DNA of 64,000 bases from the NCBI RefSeq assembly GCF_009914755.1, contig NC_060941.1; one strand, given 5' to 3'. The stretch's first letter is position 1. Each line of letters opens with the position of its first letter. The notes below the pieces were generated by a model. The model did not search any database and was not told the origin of the DNA. It saw only the letters and a list, made by a program, of their open reading frames with translations. The stretch is from the human T2T-CHM13v2.0 reference genome, Homo sapiens. The position numbers were made by a program, and so were the translations under genes. This document shows positions 56,121 to 64,000 of the stretch, in pieces.

Positions 56121-57418
56121 CAAACCCAAGGAACCCCGACAGGATGGAAATGTCGCATCACTAAATTGTCTCAAAATGTCTATTTTAGAAGGATAATGGA
56201 TGAGAAAAGTGACATCACACGGAGGGTCGGGGGTCAGCCTTGCTTTCTTGGCAAGCTGAAGTTCAAAGACGTTTATCTTAAATTGAGGAAGATCTGGAAC
56301 TTTTTGTCTAGATTCAGTGATAACAGCCGTGGAAAGTATCAATGAGAACCCCCTTCTTTCAAAGTATTTTTTTTTCCTTCCTCACTTTTTCATTTCACAT
56401 GGTAAAAGTTTTTGGTCCAAGTTTTCAGACAGTTGGAAAGGATTTTGGCACTTCTATCAATTCAACTTTTTAATTTTTGGAAGCATTTATCTCACTTTTG
56501 TTTTCCCTCTGGGAACTGCTTGATTTATTTGCCACCACTCACGCAATACTACCCACTCTATATAAATAGAGGGAGTGTTTTATAGAGTGTGTTTATTTTC
56601 TCCCAGCCTGCCTTCTTCTAAATACACACCTTACAAAAATACATATATGATGTACCAGAAAATTAAGCAAAGAAAGTAGAGCTAAGGGTGGAAGGTGGGG
56701 GCAGTAAGATTGTAAAATTAACTTAAAGATGTTAGTATACAGATATGTATCAGTCAACATCTTCTCCCAACACCCTCCCTACTGTCCAGAGGTAAAGCAC
56801 ACATTTGACTGCAGAGAGAGGAAAGGGGAAGTGACCACAAAACTGTTTTTCAAAGCAGAACTTTTCTTCACATTGAGGTCTAAGGGACATTGTTCAGGTG
56901 AGCCCTTCTAAAGATATCCAGCGTGTGGGACAATATACGAATGAGTCTCAAAAGGCCACTGTCACCGCTATTAGAAAATTATATTAGTGCATACAAATAT
57001 ATTTGAGACTTAAGGCTGAGGGTTTGTGCATCAGCTGTCCATATCAGAAGAAACCCACACTTACAAGTTAAAGTATACATGCTGTAATTTTATGAATTGT
57101 AGCTTTAAACAATAGTATGTCGTTGGTATAGGCAGTCTATGTGATGTGTGTATATATATTCAAGTGGGTGAAAAACTACACTGGCTTTAAGCACCACAGT
57201 AGCATCTCTATAACTGTATGAGTTGGGAGTTCTGCAGGATGTCAATTTTGGAGAAATACTCTAAACACTAGGTCTAATTTTAGTACTGAAAGGGGAAATT
57301 TGTTGTTTGTTAGTTTCTAAAAGCAAAAATAGCACATCAAAAGTAGCAGAAGAGGAACTGTAAAATTTCACAGGGATGGTATGAGGATGAAAAGTTATTT
57401 GGTTATGAAAAAGTTGTA

Positions 57419-57716
<298 letters not shown>

Positions 57717-57867
57717 TTGTAAGGAAACTTTATGATTTTCCATTACAATGTTCTTCTGTATATTTGACAGTGGAACGTGTTAGTACTCTGTAAATAGTTC
57801 AATACTGAGTATTTCGGACTCCCGAGAGTGATACCTAAGGGGATTAAAAGTGAATTGGTAAAATAAC

Positions 57868-58550
57868 TTATGTAGCTACTCCACCTTCAAGGAGATGCAG
57901 CATAAATCCCCACTCTTTAAGTGTGGGTGCACAAAGTGACTTCCTTCCGAAGAGTATAGTATGAAAGCAGGGGAATAAGTTGACAGTGGAGAAACCTGAC
58001 AAACAGTACCTCAGCCAGCAGACCAAGGTTAACATCAAGTGATAAGGCATGTTGATAGTATGTCCCCTTGATATGATGTGATGAGAATGTCATTTTATCT
58101 CTGTAATCTTCCTCCTAAGAATCCATAATTCTAGTCTAATATGGAGAAAGACACCAAATTCCAGTAGAGAGGCATTCTACAAAATACCTCACCAATTAAA
58201 GCCAGGTCAAGACCTTCAAACACAAGAAAAGTCTGACACAGCCAAGGGGAATCTAAGGAGATACGATGACTATAGGTAATGTGGGATCCCGCATGAGATC
58301 CTGGAGCAAAAAAACAAACGAGGTAGGGAGGACATTGAGTAAAAAACTAAGGAAATCTGAATAAAGTTTGGACTTCAGTTAATAGTAATATATCAATATC
58401 CGTTCATTAATTGTAAGAAATGTACCATACCAATGTAAGATGTCAATAATAGGGAAAATCGGGAGGGAGTATGTAAAAACTCTCTGTACTGTTTTTGCAA
58501 ATTTTCTGCAAATCTAAAACTCTTCTAAAATAAAAAGTTTATATAAAAAG
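57868..58550 (+). mobile_element. L1MC/MD-type 3' end
   Basis: ACAGTGGAGAAACCTGAC...CTAAAACTCTTCTAAAATAAAAAG. Confidence 0.78.
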
Positions 58551-59192
58551 AGTGGATGGGTACTTTTGACAACTATTACTCATTTGGTTAAGTCTCCTCT
58601 CATAGGATTTAGTTTATCACACAGGATTTACAACTATCAATTACTTACAGTAACCAAAAAGTCAATAAAACACACTGTGGATATATAATGTACTTTGACT
58701 AAAACTGGAATGAAGAACTTGTAGGGAATCAAAGATAATGCCTAAATCTGTCTTCATTATCATCACCTTAAGAAGAGAACAGTTGAGACCAGACCATGTA
58801 TCCAGACATGGTAACTGAAAATGGGTGGATCTGACTCACTGAGTCACATTTCATGGCTTATGCTATATAGGTAAAATTAACAGTGACTAAAAATGAAATT
58901 ACTGACAAAGTTTGCTCCTGGACCATATGAGAGAGTCCAAGTACTGACTCGGCTCAAAGGAAATAAAACCGAAAACTCTTGATCTCACCCAAAATAACCA
59001 TTCTGCACCCTGTCTGAACCTTGGGCTCTCTCTACTAACCAGCCTACTCAAAACCACTACTGAGAGTGGTGTCCCGCTGCTAAGAAACAGACAACACACA
59101 GGGCCTTTCGGGCCACCAAACTAGTAGCCAAGAAGGAACCATCAAAGACGCGGGCATGATCCCCTTTGGAGCTCCCCGATCTTGACTAGTCA

Positions 59193-59245
59193 TCCATCCC
59201 TACAGAAAAGGCCAATCGGGCTCCATCCCTACAGAAAAGGCCAAT
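59193..59245 (+). repeat. 24-bp direct repeat TCCATCCCTACAGAAAAGGCCAAT x2
   Basis: Identical copies at 59193-59216 and 59222-59245. Confidence 0.95.
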
Positions 59246-59459
59246 GGGCCTTACAATTGGGCCCATTTTTAAAGCAAGGTCACTTCATCAACCTAGATAC
59301 GTTTGCACTGGGGGAGGTCTCTCACATCGCCTCATACTTGAAGTGAAAATGAAGATTCAACGTTCCTCTAGAGTGGGAAGGCCCGGAAGCGCCTTCTTGG
59401 CTCAGTAGTGGCTCTTCTGGGTCTTGGTCTTGCTGGTAAAGAATGCAATTAGGTAAAAA

Positions 59460-60200
59460 TCGCGTGTCAGTTTGAAAGAGATTCGACACCCAGTTTCAGC
59501 GTTCATGAGAAGAGAGGCGTAGGAAATCCCCACGCGGGCCTTTCTGCTTCACGTGAGGAGGAAATTGTCACAAGTCTCTGCCTTCCTCAGGTCCCCTTCC
59601 TAGGGGATTCCTCATCGCATCCCCTAGCCGCCCTACCCCACCACGGTCCTTGGGACCTCGCGGTGTTCTCTCCTTGATCCCTTCGGCCCCTAGACTGGGG
59701 AATCCCCGGAACGCGACACCGTGGCTTCTTTTCCTTTATTCTCTTCCTGCCTTCCGCTCCGCTCAGAGAGCAAGGGGCCAGGAGCGCGGGAAAATGGCGC
59801 CGGACGCGAGGCGCGAAAAGTTCGCATGCCTGCTGCCGCGTGGGCGCCAGAGGATCTGGCGATCGCCTGCAGCGCCGTCGCCCCGCCCCCGCGCGCGAGA
59901 ATCGAAGCACGCACGCGTTCTCCTGCGCGTCCGCTCCCGCCGTTGCGACGGACGGGTAGGGGAGGCGACCCCGGCGTTCTGCTCCGCACTGTGGAGGAGG
60001 TGGGGAGGTGTTGGGCCAGGGCTGAGGTAGGAGGGAGTCTGTCCCTCGACGCCTCCTGCGACGCCAGCCCCTGAGCGATGATGCGAACGTGCGTCCTACT
60101 CTCCGCGGTGCTCTGGTGCCTCACAGGAGGTGGGGCTCCCTCCACCCGGTCCCCAGGCCTCTCCCTCTGCCCGAGCTTCCCGGTCCTGCCTCCTTCGCCT
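59460..60200 (+). promoter_or_regulatory. ZPBP2: ZPBP2 promoter CpG island
   Basis: Very CpG-rich; GC box CCCCGCCCC 59881-59889, YY1-like AAAATGGCG 59791-59799, E2F-like GCGCGAAAA 59811-59819. Confidence 0.88.
60078..60129 (+). CDS. ZPBP2: ZPBP2 coding exon 1, signal peptide [17 protein letters not shown]
   Basis: ATG at 60078, hydrophobic leader, GT donor at 60130. Confidence 0.95.
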
Positions 60201-60271
60201 CGCCCTGCCCTGCCCGACTCTGAACCCTGCTCCTCTTCTAACTAAAAGTCAGTGTTTTATTTCCTCCGCAG

Positions 60272-60337
60272 TCCAATGCCCGCGTTTTACCTTATTCAAT
60301 AAGAAGGGCTTCATTTATGGCAAGACAGGACAGCCAG
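60272..60337 (+). CDS. ZPBP2: ZPBP2 exon 2 (66 nt): [22 protein letters not shown]
   Basis: ccgcag acceptor, GTAAT donor; in frame with exons 1 and 3. Confidence 0.95.
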
Positions 60338-61080
60338 GTAATAAGGGCCTCTGCACACGCGGGCCCATTGGAGGGGCCGGAACTGCGAAGCTCTTCCCGG
60401 AAGAGCTTCCTGGAGAGAAGGGGAACGAGCCAGCGTTTATTGAGCATCTATTATACTAAGCATCTGCTTGGCAGTTCACGACGGTCGCATTTTTTCATCC
60501 TTACAGCGATCCCTATTGTGTCGCCTTGCTTTAAAGCCTTACAGCTCACAAAGGGCTGGGATTTATTCCAGATCTCTCTCTCAGATGCCATCTCACTTCC
60601 AGGTGTCTCTGCTGCTTTGCAACGCGGGAAACCCACGCAAAGGAGTGATTTCCAAGGCCTTCTGTTTGGAATATCTTTAATCCTCCCCTTATTAACTGGA
60701 AAAACTCCCACGCATCCTTCAGGGCTCAGCTCAAATGTCCTTTATCTCTGCAGTGAAACTTTCCCAAGGAAAATTAGTTACACAGCTAATTTTAGATAAA
60801 TTGAGCCAGTTGATAGAATTTGTCATGTTTAGACTCCTTCTGTGTTTGAGTTCTCTCCCCGACCCCCAACCAAATTGTAGGACGTTGTCTTTATGAGCCT
60901 GGCATTCAGTAGGCTTTAAAATTAATATCTTTCTGGGTTGCAGTGATTCCAAGCATACCATCGTTCTGTCCACCAAACCAGAAACAAGAAGTAATCACAC
61001 ATCTTCCTAATATGCCCAGATAGGCTTAATTATTGTTCCCAATGGAGAAAATTTACAGTTAAACATCAGGTTTCCCTTAG

Positions 61081-62126
<1,046 letters not shown>

Positions 62127-62416
62127 TGAATCTGTACATTAAAATGAACTTTAAATATATCATGTGTATTTTTATAAACAAAAGTGTAATATGGAAAAAT
62201 ATCATGACTCGTGACTAACAGTGTAGAGTTTTAAAAAACTTACTATGAGAAGCAAAAAGGACTTCAGACGAGCGTTCTAAATGTTATATATTGATTTTTA
62301 AAATAGTGAAATCCAACAAGAACTAATTCGTGTCTTCAGCACAAAATGGTAGGAGTATATTTCTTAATTTAATTTTGCTATATAATGTAGTTATACATTA
62401 TTTTATTTCATCACAG

Positions 62417-62542
62417 ACAAAATATATGTAGAGTTACATCAAAATAGTCCAGTCCTTATCTGTATGGATTTTAAGCTTTCTAAAAAAGAAATAGTGGACG
62501 CCACCTACTTATGGATTGGGCCTAATGAAAAGACGTTAACAG
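62417..62542 (+). CDS. ZPBP2: ZPBP2 exon 3 (126 nt): [42 protein letters not shown]
   Basis: cacag acceptor, GTAAA donor; Ig-like Cys and Trp of the ZPBP/sp38 family. Confidence 0.96.
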
Positions 62543-63186
62543 GTAAATTTGATTTTAATATGTACTTTTTTAATGATGTGAACATATTTTTAGAAAATCA
62601 CTGTTACTTATTGGAAAGAACAAATTGAAATTTAATTTTAATGGCAGTTTCTCTTGCTCCCTACTTAGAAAAATCATGTTATATTTTGGCCACTTCCTTA
62701 TTTTCTCCTTATGCAAAAACTGAAGCAGTAATTTTTGTGCCCTGCTTCTCAGAGCTGTATTAATTCAAAGGTCTTTATAAAACCTAAAATTTATCATTGT
62801 AGTACCAGTAATAGGAGATGAAATAACTAATATATAATTTTTCATCATGTTAGAGTGCCTTGGAACATAAGTATTATTAATTAGTTTCTTGTCTGAAGAA
62901 ATTGTATAGTAGTACAGAGCAGTGCAATCTCTTTTTCTGAATTACTGGGATGAACCAATTGAAACTAGATGCCAAGAAACAAAGAAAACCAAAATATATT
63001 TCAAAAGTGTACTTATCTCATGTAGTCTTCCACAGAGTAATATGACAGAATTAAGATTTTGTGGGATCCTTAAAGTTGAGATAGTTCATTAATTTTTAAA
63101 ATTTTTGTATCTATTTGTAACTCCAAGTGTACTAAATAATGCTTGATATGTTATATGTTAAATAAGTAATTTACTATTCTGTTTAG

Positions 63187-63348
63187 GAAATAATAGAATA
63201 AATATAACTGAAACTGGACAGCTGATGGTGAAAGATTTTTTGGAGCCTTTGTCTGGACTTTACACATGTACTCTTTCTTATAAGACTGTTAAAGCAGAAA
63301 CTCAAGAAGAAAAAACAGTCAAAAAGAGATATGACTTTATGGTCTTTG
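63187..63348 (+). CDS. ZPBP2: ZPBP2 exon 4 (162 nt): [54 protein letters not shown]
   Basis: tttag acceptor, GTAAG donor; SGLYTC Ig F-strand motif; N-I-T sequon. Confidence 0.96.
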
Positions 63349-63992
63349 GTAAGAATTTAGGCACATTTTAACTTATACATTTAGTTTGGATCGTAATTAA
63401 GTGTATGGTTTCTTCATTTAATGAAAATGAGTCTGTAATAGGTGACTGTCACCAATTATGACTTACAAAATATTTTGGGATGTATTTGACTAAGCAAACT
63501 CTTAAGTTGACATCAAGATAGTTTATCCTAAATAATCTTCTTTCAGCTCCCTACTTGCCTCTATCTAGATATGTAAGCGCATCTACTTTATCACAATTTA
63601 GCAGGTAATTTAAAAACTGATCTTTAATTCTATAAAAGCAAGTTAATGATCCTTTCACTGGGTTGTGCTGACAGCAATGACAATTTCTGTGAATTAAGGC
63701 CCTCCCCAAAAAGTCTTTCTTTTTCTTGATACTGTTATCTGTATAGCCAACCCACAGAAGCCATTTCTCTTGTTGTACCAAGTAGATAATGTATCAGATG
63801 AAAATAACATTTTTCATTAAAGTTAATAGTTTTATGTATTTTTGTGAGGACTAACTGATAAAACGTTATGTTTCTATGCTGACTGCAAGATTGATGGGAT
63901 TTAGTATTACATAGTATTTGAAAATTGTTTGGTAGAGGAAATTAATGCTAGGTACGATTGTTTTCACTCTCATCTTTCTTTTTTTTTTAAAG

Positions 63993-64000
63993 CCTATCGG
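63993..64000 (+). CDS. ZPBP2: ZPBP2 exon 5 start (A-Y-R), cut by window end
   Basis: Long polypyrimidine tract then aaag|CCTATCGG, continuing F-A-Y-R. Confidence 0.85.

Noticed and set aside
59587-60799. Overlapping 105-160 aa ORFs around the ZPBP2 promoter
   Set aside because: GC-rich sequence is poor in stops; only 60078-60129 and 60272-60337 are real exons. Retaining intron 1 (142 nt) would shift frame.

Overview
Human (or very close hominid) DNA, recognised from translated exons as the 17q12-q21 IKZF3/ZPBP2 region. The minus strand carries IKZF3 (Aiolos) coding exons 1-3, a 32-kb intron 1, and intron 3 running off the left edge. The plus strand carries ZPBP2 exons 1-4 and the first bases of exon 5, head-to-head with IKZF3 (ATGs about 4.2 kb apart, each in a CpG island). 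IKZF3 intron 1 holds two processed pseudogenes (KRT8, RPL39) inside an old L1. Intron 3 holds an 8.6-kb MER21/ERVL-type provirus with a complete nested THE1 element, each of whose LTRs has its own Alu. The rest is about 45 Alu-family copies, L1/L2/MIR, DNA transposons and two AT-rich palindromic minisatellites. Almost all entries in the ORF track are repeat artefacts. I found no new coding system. The best leads are regulatory or structural: an intronic enhancer-like island beside a strong splice donor, a duplicated CCAAT unit and NF-kB/germline-repression motifs at the ZPBP2 promoter, an inverted AT-rich minisatellite, a templated insertion, and Ala at ZPBP2 codon 68. Repeat subfamily names, SNP identities and reference residues are from memory and need database confirmation.
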